Of a stretch of 64,000 nt of DNA, positions 39,546 to 52,296 are shown piece after piece. This DNA is from Octopus sinensis (Eukaryota), in the NCBI RefSeq assembly GCF_006345805.1, contig NC_042999.1:103478001-103542000 (forward strand), read 5' to 3'. Positions within the stretch are counted from its first letter, which is position 1, and every line of letters starts with the position of its first letter. Position numbers and translations under genes: made by a program. The notes under the pieces are model-generated. The model saw only the letters and a program-made list of their open reading frames with translations. It was not told the DNA's origin and did not search any database.

Positions 39546-42289
39546 AATTCGGAGGGATATAAATAAAATGAAATAGCTTCAACTGAGAACCGTAAACGGG
39601 TAGTTAAGTCGACTTATAATCTTAAGATCTGGTTGCATAACTTTTCTCGGGGTAGGTGAAAACAGGAACAAATAATTAGCGTGGCGATATGATATAAACT
39701 GAAGTTTATTTTGGTCTTATACAATAAAAATAAATACATAAAAATAATTATCTTGTAACAAATTCCTGCTGGACGGAAGACATTTAAATTGATCCAATTA
39801 TTTCATTGACATTACTTTATCAACTACGAAGTAATATTAATGGAATTCGAACTCGACTGCATTTCAACTCAAAACGAAAAAAACTAAACCTTCATCGGAA
39901 GGCCACACTCTCCACTTATCCACTTATCTACACAGAGCCTTTGCCCAGCCCCAAAAGTGGAATCAAATATGAATGAATTTGTTACTGTGATGAGAAGACA
40001 TAAATTATATTTTGTTCAGAACCCATTTACCTCGGAGAATCACAACTACTTTATTGTTTTATATCATAAATATATAAACTCGTATATTTATCAATAGTGT
40101 GGTATACTTTGTTTTAGACACACACACACACATACACACACATACACATGCGCGCGCGTGTGTGTATCATTACTTAGACAAAATCCGTGCGATTTATTTA
40201 TGTGGTGCTTTCGATATACGAGGATTTATTGCCACTAGAGTCTATTGGGATATTACAGTGGCCTGAGGTCAGCAGAACTTCCGAGACGACATATTTTTTA
40301 AAAAATATGTTTGGGACATATTTCATTACCCATGGAGAAACTAAAAAGAAAAAAACTCCGATAACATTTCAAAAAAGGAATGTAATGTAAAGAGACTGAA
40401 TTATGTAAGGCAGTTGTTTATTGTTTTATCGTTTCTATTTCTTTGTCGCCTTCGGTAAACAGAAGAACAATGCTTTCACCCCATTGGCATATTACAATGA
40501 CACATTTATTGTAAATGAATTATAAAGGGGATTTGGTTGACTCGAGTACTTGACTGATAAATAGCTAATGTTCAATGGAAGTGATGAAGTGCAGAGTTAT
40601 GTTTCCACATTGATAAACTAAAGAGAAGTACAAGTAATCATATTCTTTATCTTCAGTACCAGACTTCTATAACGGGAAAAATAATTAGTTCACTATTAGT
40701 TCAGCTCTCATATCTTACTGGTATACATCTTATCAATCCTCTTAGAAAAACAGGATTTGAAAGGCAAAAGAAGAAGCAAGAGATACTGAATAAAAGTCAG
40801 TTCTTATTTAACCCTGGGTTACATAGCAACTATCTTTCCCATGGTCTTTTATTCATACTGCGATTCTACTGTAATATAGAGTAATATGTGGATTTTTCGT
40901 TTTTTAAAGGAATTTTGACTGGTATTGCAATTAGGTCTGTCACTACATAAACGTTCTGGAGTTATACTATATCAGATTTGCATGAATGTATGTTTCTTGA
41001 AATCTGCAGTGGTATGTGGAAAATGTTAATACTATCTAGTCAACGAATAGCAGTTTGATTACAGACAAGCTAATTCAACACTATTAGACACAGTGATTTA
41101 CGACTACACATACGTCTTCAGTGCATCTTTAATTTATGCTAATAGTCTTGCGGCATGGTTGTGCTCCCGAGACTGGTAGAAAAAAAACCCACGATTCTAG
41201 AGTTGTTACAGTGGGAAAATGGGGTATCAGGATATTGAGTTATCAGCAGGTCTGCATCCTAGTGCCGTCGGTTGATGAAATGTGGATGGTAGTTTAGGTA
41301 TATTACCCATAAACATGCTTCATCCAACGGGCTTCCGTACAATTCCCGTATATACATTTTCTCTTATAGATTGGAATTTCTCTAGATTAAAGTAAAGGAC
41401 ATATATGTAAGGTTTCGTACAGTGATATGTACAGCAGCATCGAATCTGGAAACAAATGATTGCGAAGTAAACTTTTGAAACACTCGGTCTTGTCTGCGTC
41501 CACAATTTCTTTCAGCGATGCTATTAATGTTAAGAGTGAAGTAAAATGTCACTAGCCTGAACAGAAATCTATACATGTATACAGTTTTTCTGGAACATAA
41601 CCTACTACTCTCTAATAATCGATTTGCTCAGTAAATAGAATCCCACGGCACATAAATAAAAAGTTAATAACAGCGAGCCTGAAACAATCCATCGACAAAT
41701 CACTTGTATAAGTATACTATTCGCTCAGTATTCTTTTCCGAATGCTAATGCATTCAACAATTTCGTCCTCCTCATTTAAGCAGTGAAAGTCACGGGAGGA
41801 TTTAAAGCTGTGAGGCAGCATATATATCTAATAAACATATGTATCAGAAAATCGATCAGTACGATATTGGAAAGAGAACAAAAACGAAATGCTGTCTGGG
41901 AATGCGAGAATTCTGTCGGTTTAGTTGACAGCATGTAAAATAAAAAATTCTTTGGTAGTATTAATCATAAAATGATGGAATTATATTCTTGTGTGCTGTT
42001 GTCAAGTTCTTTGTCAGTTGTGAGGTGGGTGTCGATGTTAGATTATGTCTTGATGAGATATTTTATTACTTACATTTCATTGCAATATTTTTTAGACTTC
42101 GATCCCTTCTCCCCTCTCTATCACACAATTTCTGTGTATATATACATGAATACACATATGTATGTGTATGTCTGTATACAAGTTTGCATGTGTTTGCGTG
42201 TTTGTGCACGTGTGCACGTAAACCAGTTTATTATTGGTAGCGAAAATCGTGTCAATATACAGCATTATCTGAGAATGTTTGTGTATAGG

Positions 42290-42311
42290 TATGTATGAAT
42301 GCATGCACATA

Positions 42312-42363
<52 letters not shown>

Positions 42364-42472
42364 CAGTCGCACATATTTAGAGAGATAGATATAAACTATA
42401 TGTACGAATATACATTTATGTATAAATACATATATGTGTTTGTGCATGAGATATATTTTATATGTATGAATG

Positions 42473-42515
<43 letters not shown>

Positions 42516-42650
42516 GTGTGTATACACACATATATAGAGAGATAGGTGTATACACATGCATATGTATGTATGTACATATATATGCATATATATATACACT
42601 CACATACACACACATACATATATGTATGTGTGTGTATGTCTATGTTATTG
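42290..42650. repeat. Compound (TA)/(TG)/(CA) microsatellite
   Basis: Directly visible. Confidence 0.9.
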
Positions 42651-43127
42651 TGTAAGTATTGATCTGTTCATTTTTGTATATTGTTTATATCAGAATGTTT
42701 CTGTGTGAATTTCTGGCCATACGATCATTAAATTTTCCACTTCTCTTTTCTTTTCTTTTCATTTCCTTGCATATGTTTCATCCTAATCTGCTGTATTAAG
42801 ACCATCGAATGCAGTTGATTTATCTAGATTTCCAAACACTAATGCTTAAATCTTTAGAGTTCATATGTTAATTCGACCAGTTCATTGTTTACATAGTAAC
42901 ATTGCTTTCGTTGAATCTTGACACCAGCTCGCAAAACTTAAATTTCTGCATTAAACATTTGCCAACATCTGAAGAGTGAATGTGCTTCATGTACGCATCC
43001 CTGCCTCAACAAACACAATAGAATCCATACACATACGTAAACACACATGCAAACACAGACACAAATGTACGTATATACATTCCTATATATATACTTAGAT
43101 ACGTAAATACATACATACATATATATA

Positions 43128-43328
43128 CTGTTGTGTCTGGGGAGAGTCATTCTCTTTTAGTGCCTTATTATTTAACACACTCACCGGTAAAATTTCCACT
43201 TATTATTTTTATTTTCTAAAATTTTCGTTGCGTCTTGCAACCTTTTCAATAGTCTTGACTCTGTCCGAACGGTGAGTGAGTTAAATAATAAGGCACTAAA
43301 AGAGAATGACTCTCCCCAGACACAACAG
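43128..43328. mobile_element. 201-bp foldback element with 59-bp inverted arms, derived from the family H2 PLE end
   Basis: Arms 43128-43186 and 43270-43328 are near-perfect reverse complements. The spacer carries a degenerate hammerhead motif on the minus strand. Homologous to 30850-30983. Confidence 0.85.
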
Positions 43329-43591
43329 AATATGCTTCAACACACGAACTCATATAAAGAATCTTGCAAACCAAATCCAAAAACGAAATATATATATATA
43401 ACATATCTATATGTATATATACAGACATATATATTAATAGTTATCGCCAAGCTGACATGGCAGTCCATAAAAATAGGACGAATGCTGCCGTTGATTATCT
43501 CCAAGACGCCATCGCCTCTAGCTAGCTATGTGACACAAATCTGTATCCATTATAACCTTCGAACAGCAACTTCCCCTTACTTGTTTGGCAA

Positions 43592-43632
43592 CAACAGACT
43601 AGTTTCGAGGTAGTTGCCTCTTATCATTGTTG
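43592..43632 (-). ncRNA. Minimal type I hammerhead-like motif (core degenerate)
   Basis: CAACA-AUGAUAA-GAGG-CAACUA-CCUC-GAAA-CUAG-UC-UGUUG. Perfect stems I and II, palindromic stem III ACUAGU, GUC triplet, two core substitutions. Confidence 0.6.
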
Positions 43633-43728
43633 AATAGTGTTTGTATTCTTCAGTATATATGCACACATTTACTTATATGCTTATATAAACACACACACAC
43701 ACACTTGCGTATGTATATATATATATAT

Positions 43729-44014
43729 ATCCTTAAATCCTTAAATCCTTAAAAATGTTTTAGCCCGAACCGCAGCCATGCTGGGGCACCACCGCTGAAT
43801 GAGCTACACTAATTTGTGAATCCACCTCTGATACGTGGCACTTGATCAACAAGGGAGTTCGATGCTGCTGCCCGCATCTGTGTCTCCTGTCGTGAGGTAG
43901 GTTCATCTGGGACTCCCGACAAGAAGAGATCCAGTTTAGTTTTAAAGAAACCCACATCCACACCATGTAAGTCTCTCAGGCATTTAGGGAGGCTGTTAAA
44001 GAGCTGTGGTCCTC
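43729..44014 (-). mobile_element. 3' end of a CR1-clade LINE with (TTTAAGGA)n tail, flanked by (TA)n
   Basis: Minus-strand peptide GPQLFNSLPKCLRDLHGVDVGFFKTKLDLFLSGVPDEP…SNSLVDQ (CR1 C-terminus). 3' UTR GGTGGTGCCCCAGCATGGCTGCGGTTCGGGCTAAAACA plus an octamer repeat tail. Confidence 0.85.
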
Positions 44015-44396
44015 TTATATATATATATATATTATATTATATTATATTATATTATATTTATGCATGTCGAATTTTATATCCCTTCTGTAGATATAAATGA
44101 ATATATGAATATATGTATGTATCTGATCTTTGTGTGTGGATCCTTTAGTTCCTGCTCGCATTGCCTCCGCTCAAATTATGAAGTGGAATATAGCTCATTT
44201 GGAACACTACAACTCCAGTCTGTATTATATTTTGAATATTGTTATTACTGGGTATCTCAAGATATACCTGTGTATTTTGTAGTATACATATATGTTTTCT
44301 CTCTATCTCTCTTCCTGTATATATAATATATATATGTATATAGCTCTCTCCCTATATATATATAATATTTATATATGTATATAGATGTATGTATAT

Positions 44397-44472
<76 letters not shown>

Positions 44473-44542
44473 AGATTAAGTACATAAATGTGAAACAAGA
44501 TAGAAAAAATAGTACTCGAATAGCGGCGGTAGAGTAATATGT

Positions 44543-44710
44543 TTTATTGATAAAGCTACAAAAACATCACAAAAGACTCTTACTCAGAGTTTCATGTTCC
44601 TGTTCGTCGGATAGTTTTGGTTAACAAAAAAAACCCAAACTGTCCGACGGACGATTACATGAAACTCTGAGTAACAGTTTATGTGATGATGTTGCAGCAC
44701 TATTAATAAA
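44543..44710. repeat. Imperfect ~170-bp inverted repeat, each arm containing a hammerhead-like motif
   Basis: Plus arm AAACUGU-CCGACGG-…-GAAA-CUCUGAG-UA-ACAGUUU (44637-44680). Minus arm AAACUAU-CCGACGA-…-GAAA-CUCUGAG-UA-AGAGUC (44575-44617). Lies between (TA)n tracts. Confidence 0.75.
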
Positions 44711-44736
44711 GTATATATATATTAAATATATATATA

Positions 44737-44769
<33 letters not shown>

Positions 44770-44776
<7 letters not shown>

Positions 44777-45884
44777 ATTGGTGAATTGAAGAAATGGAGC
44801 TGAACGCAGATTGAACAGAAATCGTTTTATTTCATTCTACACGTGTTTCGAAAGGCACAAATTACCAAAATCCGATTGAATAATGGGACCATATTGTGTC
44901 TTTCTCTTCAGGAAGAAAAAAGGAAATCCGTTGGAAAAACAAAAACAGAACAGAGGCGGAGCAAAAAACAAATCGAACTGTGCTCCTAAGAGCCCATGGC
45001 GAAACTGTTTATCAGTGTATGTTGAGAACCGGTGGCTGAAGAATTCAACGGGTCAGGCATCGGTCAATCATGTGGGTGAGGGTGTATAGATGTTCTTTGT
45101 GACCGAGAATAAAGTTCTGACTATTTAAAGAATATTGGATGTTTTATAAGGGGCGAGAAAAAATCTACTTAGAGACGTGTGTGTGTGTATACTGTTCTAT
45201 ATATGTGTGTGTTGGCGTAGGGGTAGAAAACATTTTTTGTGTACGTGTGTGCGTTTGATCGTTCGGCTGTCAGTGGCTACTGCCGTGATAACCGTTGGGT
45301 GGCAGAAAGAAAAAAATAAAAAAATTTATATATATATATTATGTTTTATGTGTGTGTGTGTGTGTTCATCTAAGCCTGCCTAGACAAGGAAAACCCCCCG
45401 CTGTGAAAAAACCAAGCCCCGTTTGTCTTACAGGAGTAATTTCCCTTGCAGTGGTTAATCGTAGATATCTTAAAGGCTATTTCAGAATTTGTTACCAAGG
45501 GCTATGGGTGCCGGTATTATTTATAAACGCTATTTAAAGGCCAGATAAGTGTAACGCCGCCAATGGGGGCATCGAAAAGCCGACTGTAAGAGCCCGTTTA
45601 CCATCCGGCCTCTGGCAAACAAAATATGGAAGAGTTCGGAGACACAAAGGTTGCACTGTCTTCTGCCCCTATCAAATGGGAGGGCCACCGACAAAATTGA
45701 CCATTCCAGCCTATAGCTTAAGTTCGCATCCTTCAGTCGCCATATTAGCTTACTGAGTCCCGTGGTCTGGCGCTTGTTCACGTCCCGAAAAGTTGCGTAA
45801 TGGTTGGAGACACGCAAAGACAATCTTGAGGATGATGCCCCTACATAAGTGAAGGCATCTGAGTCCGTGTAAACCTTGCATTGG

Positions 45885-45889
<5 letters not shown>
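44770..45889 (-). mobile_element. 3' part of a Penelope-like element (GIY-YIG endonuclease plus pLTR region with hammerhead), flanked by (TA)n
   Basis: Minus strand 45889-45530 reads IYQCKVYTDSDAFTYVGASSSRLSLRVSNHYATF…TGLSKLIWRLK…EWSIL…CNLCVSE…CPH (PLE GIY-YIG domain). A hammerhead lies ~620 nt downstream on the same strand. Confidence 0.85.
44831..44917 (-). ncRNA. Type I hammerhead ribozyme motif (canonical core)
   Basis: UUCUUC-CUGAAGA-GAAAGACACAA…UUGUGCCUUUC-GAAA-CACGUG-UA-GAAUGAA. Long stem II, palindromic stem III ACACGUGU, GUA cleavage triplet. Confidence 0.75.
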
Positions 45890-45932
<43 letters not shown>

Positions 45933-46123
45933 TACGTAGTCGAATATTATGTATTTGGCTTTGGCATATAAAAGCCACAACGTTGCTATTGGTTCGACGT
46001 CTACTATTTCAGTTGGTGGTATAGGCGATTCATCAAACCTGCTGGTCGGAAGCATGTAACTTCTATATTGATGGAGTTAAATATGCCGTCTTGATCAGTA
46101 TCATATCTTTGTATACATACATA

Positions 46124-46164
<41 letters not shown>

Positions 46165-46399
46165 TGTGTGTATAACAGTTTGATTCGGCCCCATATGACT
46201 TGTAGATTCGCGAGCTTCTAGCAGTTACCCGTTTCCTTCAGACTTAAATTACCGAATGAAATTACCGAATCAAATAATACATTTAACTCCTACTAAATGT
46301 GTCGAGTACCTTTTTCTTTTGTTTTTCCACTCCATCGTGCATATATATATATATATAGAATGAGAATGAGAGAGATAAGATTGATCTACAAACATATTG

Positions 46400-46449
<50 letters not shown>

Positions 46450-47835
46450 TACACATATACAGACAACACGGGAGCGCATACCTCCACACACACACTCATG
46501 GCCACATAAGTTCGGTTGAAGGAGTTAGATAAGAGGCATAAACTAGACTTTCGGCCCTTGATTTACTTTTGTAACTTTTCTGTTGATTAAATGAATGTGT
46601 ATGTGTGTGTCTGTGTATGAGTGTGTGTGTGTACATAGACACATGCATATATATTTATAGCATTGAAAGATATGCAAATACACAGCCGTGAGAAGTTATG
46701 GATCTTAATCCAAATCTTCTGAGTGGATGGTATTACATTTCTTTACTTTATTAGAATAGGAAAAGAAACGATATGTCCCTATTGACATAGGCATGTAAAT
46801 AATTCCTGAATGTTTGGCTATAGTAAATATAAATATAATCGAAAACGAAAATCGCTGTTTCTTTGCCAACAAAGAAAATAATGCATGAAAGTATATAGAT
46901 GTTAAATTTTTGTTAACTAGATTTATTGTAAATAAAACACTCCGATATTAACTCTCGCTGATTTTCTATTATATGAATTTTTATTTTTTACAATTTTATG
47001 TAATGGATTTTGTTATTTTGTTAATATTTCTTTCTTTTTCTCTATATCTGCGGAAACAATAAAAGAGTAATGGTTTAAATTTAAATATAAAATATATGCA
47101 GATAATATACTACAAATGGCTAGAGATACAACTAAAAGGCTTCCATATATTTCTGCAATCTACTAGAGATAGCATCCCAAATCTCTCTCAAATTACATCC
47201 TAGCGTTTTGAAAAGAAATCGGAGGAAGTACGTGAAGTGTGTGTATATAAATATATATTGATAAATATATGTATATATTTAAAAAAAATATATTGCGGTT
47301 GAGCTGGCCTATGGAGGATCAGTTTTGGCGTCTTTCTTGCCTAGGTTATAGAAGGGTTAAGCAAGGGCTATCAATCTTTTCTCACAGAAAAGCCAATATT
47401 TTATGTGATGATATGACATGTAATGTATAATACAGCATACAACAGAGACATTCTGCATGTATATAGACTTGTAAATATAAGTATACATATACGTATGTGT
47501 GTTTGAGTGTGTGTGTGTATGTGCGTGTGTTTTTGTGTGCGTGTGTGTGTGTGTGAGTGTGTGTGTGTGAGAGAAGGGTACACAAATAATAAATAAAACG
47601 TATATATTTGGTAGAATAACAAATATATACGTTTTATTTATTATTTTGCACATTACTTAATCGTCGGTATATTACTGTTATTTTATTTTTAATATTTCTA
47701 TTATGTTATTTTCTAGATGGTGTAATTTAATTGTTCATTTTGTATTGATAGAAGGTTTTTTTTTTCTAATTTATATATGTATATATATATATATATACAC
47801 CCGCACGCATATATATTATGTATATACATATATAT

Positions 47836-48060
47836 GAGGGCGAGTGGCTTAGTGAATACGTAATCTAGCGATCGTGAATTCAATATCCTGACCGGGTGGT
47901 GAGTCGTGTTTTTGAGCAAAACACTTCATCTCATGTTGCTCTGCGATCACTTCGACACCTGATGTGTAGTACACTATGCACCTGTTCAGACAACGTCGAT
48001 TTGATGGAGAAAGCTAGCTAGTGTGCAGCACGAACATTTGATCATTATAAACAAATCATT
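47836..48060 (+). mobile_element. SINE family C (V-domain-like)
   Basis: GTGGCTTAGTG head; GTGTTTTTGAGCAAAACACTTCATCTCATGTTGCTC. Confidence 0.65.
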
Positions 48061-48450
48061 TCCGCAGAGAGAATCCATTATATACATGCATGCATACATA
48101 CGTAGGTACGAACGTACGTACATATGTATGTATAAATATATAAACGCACACAAATATATAGTTTTTTGGGTGGGAGTACAGTTGGATGATGTTCAGTATT
48201 ATATAGTTATAAAACTAACTTCATCACGTCAATGTTCCTGAGATTTCCATTACTGTTAACCTTCGTCCATCTCCATGTCCTACGGCATGTGATAGTTCCT
48301 TTCGGCAGTGGCATCCACTACTATCTGTGATGTTTATCTTCGCAGGGTTACTACTGTTGATGTGTCTAAATTAAGGAATCACTAAGCAGGCTCATCCTCG
48401 CTTCTCAAGTAGTGTTCAACAAAGAGAAATCCTTTTCGAAATGTGCTCGA

Positions 48451-48517
48451 TAAATCCTTAAATCCTTAAAAATGTTTTAGCCCGAAGTCTGCCGCCATGC
48501 TGGGGAAACACCGCTTT
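48451..48517 (-). mobile_element. Second CR1-type 3' terminus with (TTTAAGGA)n tail
   Basis: TAAATCCTTAAATCCTTAAAAATGTTTTAGCCCGAA…GCCATGCTGGGG..ACACCGCT matches 43735-43797. Confidence 0.8.
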
Positions 48518-49155
48518 ATGAAGTACATTGTAATAGTTTTCTTTTGTAAGAGTGTTCTTTCCAGGGCACACTCAGAAAGACATGAAGCAATTACATATAG
48601 ATACCATCAAGCATAGTTCCGTTTCTTCGGGTTGGTGTCAGAAAGGAGGGGCCACCAAGCATCACAGATTCAACCACTGCATGGAAGGATTTCTTATCAC
48701 ATTCCTCGAGAGCTGAGCTTTCCATATTAGGCTGAGGTTTTTAAGTACCGCCCAAATTTTGATGAAACATAGCTTGATATGTTCTTTTGATACTATGTTG
48801 ATCTCGAAATATGAGTAAGAATTTTCTGGCTTTTATGGATCTTCTAGGTAATGGGGTGATCGTGACAGTTTTTTTTTGCGTTATCATAAAGACTGGGTGT
48901 CGAGAAGTTCTCGATTTTGGTAGGAGAAAGCCATGCTCCTTGTTGTAATCTACTAAGATGCAGAGGGCAAGGATTTCTCCACACAAAACATCAGTAAGAA
49001 TGTCAAAATATTCAACGTACTTGTCGGATGAGCGCGTCTTAGCTCGATAGACCATGTAGAGCACAGAACAGCAGGAAAATTCTTTGCAGGATAGCAGGAA
49101 ACTCCTTCTTTTCGTTTGACAGTCAAATACTACTGAGTAACATTACCATTATTAT

Positions 49156-49575
49156 GGCAGTGAGCTGGCAGAATCGTTAACAAGCCGGGAAAAATGCTTA
49201 GTAGCATTTCGTCCCGTCTTCAGGTTCTGAGTTCAAATGCCACGGAGGTCGACTTTGCCTTTCATACTTTCAGGGTCGATAAATTAAGTACTAGTGAAAC
49301 ATTGGGGTTGATGTAATAAACTAGTCCCCACCCTTCAAATATCAGGCCTTGTACCTTTAGCAGAAAAGATTATCCTTATCACTAAGGCGGCAAGCTCGCA
49401 AAATCGGTAGCACGCCGGAAGAAATGTCCCTCCTTACGCTCTGAGTTCAAATTCCGCCGAGGTCGAATTTGCTTTTCATCCTTTCGGGTTCGATGAAATA
49501 AGTACCATGGGGTCGATGTAAGTGAATTATCCTACTGTCATGAAATTGCAGGGCTTGTGCAAAAATTTGAAATCT
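49156..49575 (+). mobile_element. Two tandem SINE family A copies (short-tail variants)
   Basis: Heads at 49156 and 49385, each with GAGTTCAAAT…GTCGA.TTTGC.TTTCAT.CTTTC.GG.TCGAT. Confidence 0.85.
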
Positions 49576-49680
49576 CTATTATTACATTTATTCCAACTAG
49601 CATGCAGAACAACACTGGAAGTTATGCAGGCCTTATTATGACCTCATTTAGAAAGCAGATGAATCAGGGTTACTGTTGAT

Positions 49681-49966
49681 CAGTGGTCCCCAAATTTTTT
49701 CAGACTGCCGCTCCTTGACACTAGCGCCGTATTCTTAGCGCTCACTTCCCCCACCCCACTCAGCACCACAAACGTAGACCACTTTCTGCAGCAAATTCAA
49801 AGCAACAGTATTTCACAAATAAAACTTAACTTAATTAATCCCTTATTTGATGGTTACATCCATCGCCTCCTTTGGTCATCCTATTATTGCCCCACTTTTC
49901 TTCAGCACGCCTCTAGATCTTTCCGCCGCCCACAGGGGAGTGTACCGCCCACTTTGGGAACCACTG
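49681..49966. mobile_element. Non-autonomous hAT (Charlie/Buster-type) MITE, 286 bp
   Basis: TIRs CAGTGGTCCCCAAA / TTTGGGAACCACTG. 8-bp TSD CTGTTGAT (49673-80) / CTGTAGAT (49967-74). Confidence 0.85.
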
Positions 49967-50169
49967 CTGTAGATGTAGCGTTGAGAGAAACAAACTTATG
50001 TAAAGACACTATAATAATTCAACGGCTGTACCACAAACTGACACTAGCGTGCAGTTTCAGGGCATTTCAATTATACAAATATCAGACGTCTGTCAAGAAT
50101 CAGATACCCTCATTTGTTATAATGCAAGACAAATGATAGACAGTGTCAAAAGGAAGATATTTCGATCTA

Positions 50170-50201
50170 CATATATATATATATATATATATAATATATA
50201 T

Positions 50202-50246
<45 letters not shown>

Positions 50247-50418
50247 ATGATTTATTGTTGTTATGAACGTTTTCTTTTAGTTCAATTTTGGGGGTTTTTT
50301 TAAAGTGATAAATTACTATACAACAACAAAAAGTAGAATTCATGTCAGCTTATCTGAAATCATTAAACAATATCAATCAGCGGATAGATAAATATACGTG
50401 TATTTGTGTGTGTGTGTG

Positions 50419-50450
<32 letters not shown>

Positions 50451-50486
50451 TATCTATGCATATACATATACATGCATACATACACG

Positions 50487-50578
<92 letters not shown>

Positions 50579-50801
50579 TTGCACACACGCGTATATACAT
50601 GTATCCGCTGATTGATACTGTTTGTATATATATATACATATATAAATGTATATATACATACATACATACATACATATACACACACACGCACACACTCGAA
50701 CACATATATGTATGTATACGTGTATATATATATATATATACACACATATACATGTTCATATGAAAAGATATATATATACATATACACGTTTTACATGTAT
50801 G

Positions 50802-50836
<35 letters not shown>

Positions 50837-50870
50837 TGTGCGTATACTTGTGTGCAGGTATGTATGTAAG
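50170..50870. repeat. (TA)n and compound (TA)/(CA)/(TG) microsatellites
   Basis: Directly visible. Confidence 0.9.
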
Positions 50871-50984
50871 CATAAGCATCTAAGTTTGACAGTTTGTATA
50901 AAAGGAAAGTGAATATACCATCTAAAAGTAAAAGTATTTTAAAAATACATAAAAAATTTTGTGGATTGTGGTTCTTTTAGTCAA

Positions 50985-51378
50985 AGTAGCTGCCCTCAGC
51001 TTCCGCAAAAGCCTCAAGACGGCTCTCGAACCAGGCACATCCGTTCCATACTGCGTTCCTGAGAAGATCTCTTCAAAACACTTGATCTTGGCCACAAGAT
51101 CGGCCTTGGTTCTGCAAGCAGATAGACTGGTATGTTTCTCGACCGCGCCCTATTCTTTTCAGAATTATAGCAAGGAGCCGAATCCTGCTGCGACTCATAT
51201 GGCCTTCCAGCAACGACCCTCTCCTACCAAGTAATGACGGCAGCCTCCACCAGCTTCACATAGCCGTCTGAATTGAGCTTTAAGCCCTCTTGAAAAATGG
51301 GATAAATTCCGGCATGCAGACGCAGTGAAAATGCCTGCTGAAACCATTGTTGCTGGCCATGGAAGTATTTTGTCGACG
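50985..51378 (-). pseudogene. Tc1/mariner-superfamily transposase C-terminal fragment
   Basis: Minus strand: GLKLNSDGYVKLVEAAVITW*ERVVAGRPYESQQDSAPCY (second catalytic D in QQDSAP), then DLVAKIK and a frameshifted C-terminal helix. Confidence 0.75.
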
Positions 51379-51379
51379 T

Positions 51380-51421
51380 ATCATCATCATCTTCATCATC
51401 ACCATCACCATCATCATCATC

Positions 51422-51453
<32 letters not shown>

Positions 51454-51482
51454 CATCGTCATCATCATCATCATCATCATTA
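51380..51482. repeat. (ATC)n microsatellite
   Basis: Directly visible; source of the poly-D and poly-M ORFs. Confidence 0.95.
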
Positions 51483-51496
51483 TTAATAATAATATT

Positions 51497-51777
51497 GAGT
51501 GAGAGAGCAGTGCATGCCATCAAAGTGACACTGGGGTAAAATATACGAAGCCCAGTATACCCATCATGTCTACCCGTCTGATAAGGGTACACTAGGCACA
51601 TGCATCACAACCATATGTGCGCGACATGGTGAATTATCCAAACGTCTAAGAATTCCTTTCAACACACCGGCTATGATGCTCCCCCACTACTTCTGCTCGT
51701 GATCAGAGATGCACATGTCGTCAGCCACTACGGGATATTGCTCAACTGGTTACGGTCAAACAACTGACGAGCAAATC
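51497..51777 (-). mobile_element. ~555-bp (TAA)n-associated element, copy 3 (internally deleted and truncated)
   Basis: Same left end GAGTGAGAGAGCAGTGCATGCC. Internal deletion at ~51630 through GGTGA microhomology. Right end truncated. Confidence 0.85.
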
Positions 51778-51823
51778 ATTATTATTGTTATTGCTGTTGT
51801 TGTTATCATTATTATTATTATCA

Positions 51824-52044
51824 TTCAGTAGTTTTATTTTTATAGCGTGCTTTCACTTCACTACCGAGCGCAGCTCTGTGTGCCTTGGGTATGTGCTGTG
51901 ATTTGTTGTGGTGCTCTGATAGTTATTGTATGGAAAGTGTTCTGCGTAGGATGTGTGCAGTGCCTAGTAGTGCAATTTTCTGTATGTTATATGTGTTTGT
52001 AAGTCCTGGTGTTTTTGTTATATATTTGTCTGAATATTTTATTA

Positions 52045-52079
<35 letters not shown>

Positions 52080-52233
52080 TAGTTTTATTTTTATAGCGTG
52101 CTTTCACTTCACTACCGAGCGCAGCTCTGTGTGCCTTGGGTATGTGCTGTGATTTGTTTTGATGCTCTGATGGTTATTGTATGGAAAGTGTTCTGCGTAG
52201 GATGTGTGCAGTGCCTAGTAGTGCAATTTTCTG

Positions 52234-52234
<1 letters not shown>
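51824..52234 (-). mobile_element. Two tandem 5'-truncated 3' ends of one R4/Dong-type family separated by (ATT)n
   Basis: 51824-52040 and 52075-52234 are near-identical. Both encode QKIALLGTAHILRRTLSIQ* (compare QKIVLMGTAHILRKILSM of the 33885 ORF). Confidence 0.9.

Positions 52235-52296
<62 letters not shown>

Noticed and set aside
48520-49130. Possible LINE AP-endonuclease relic (ORF 48741..49064) upstream of the CR1-type tail
   Set aside because: Similarity to YR…GDFN motifs is too weak, and linkage to the tail is unproven.
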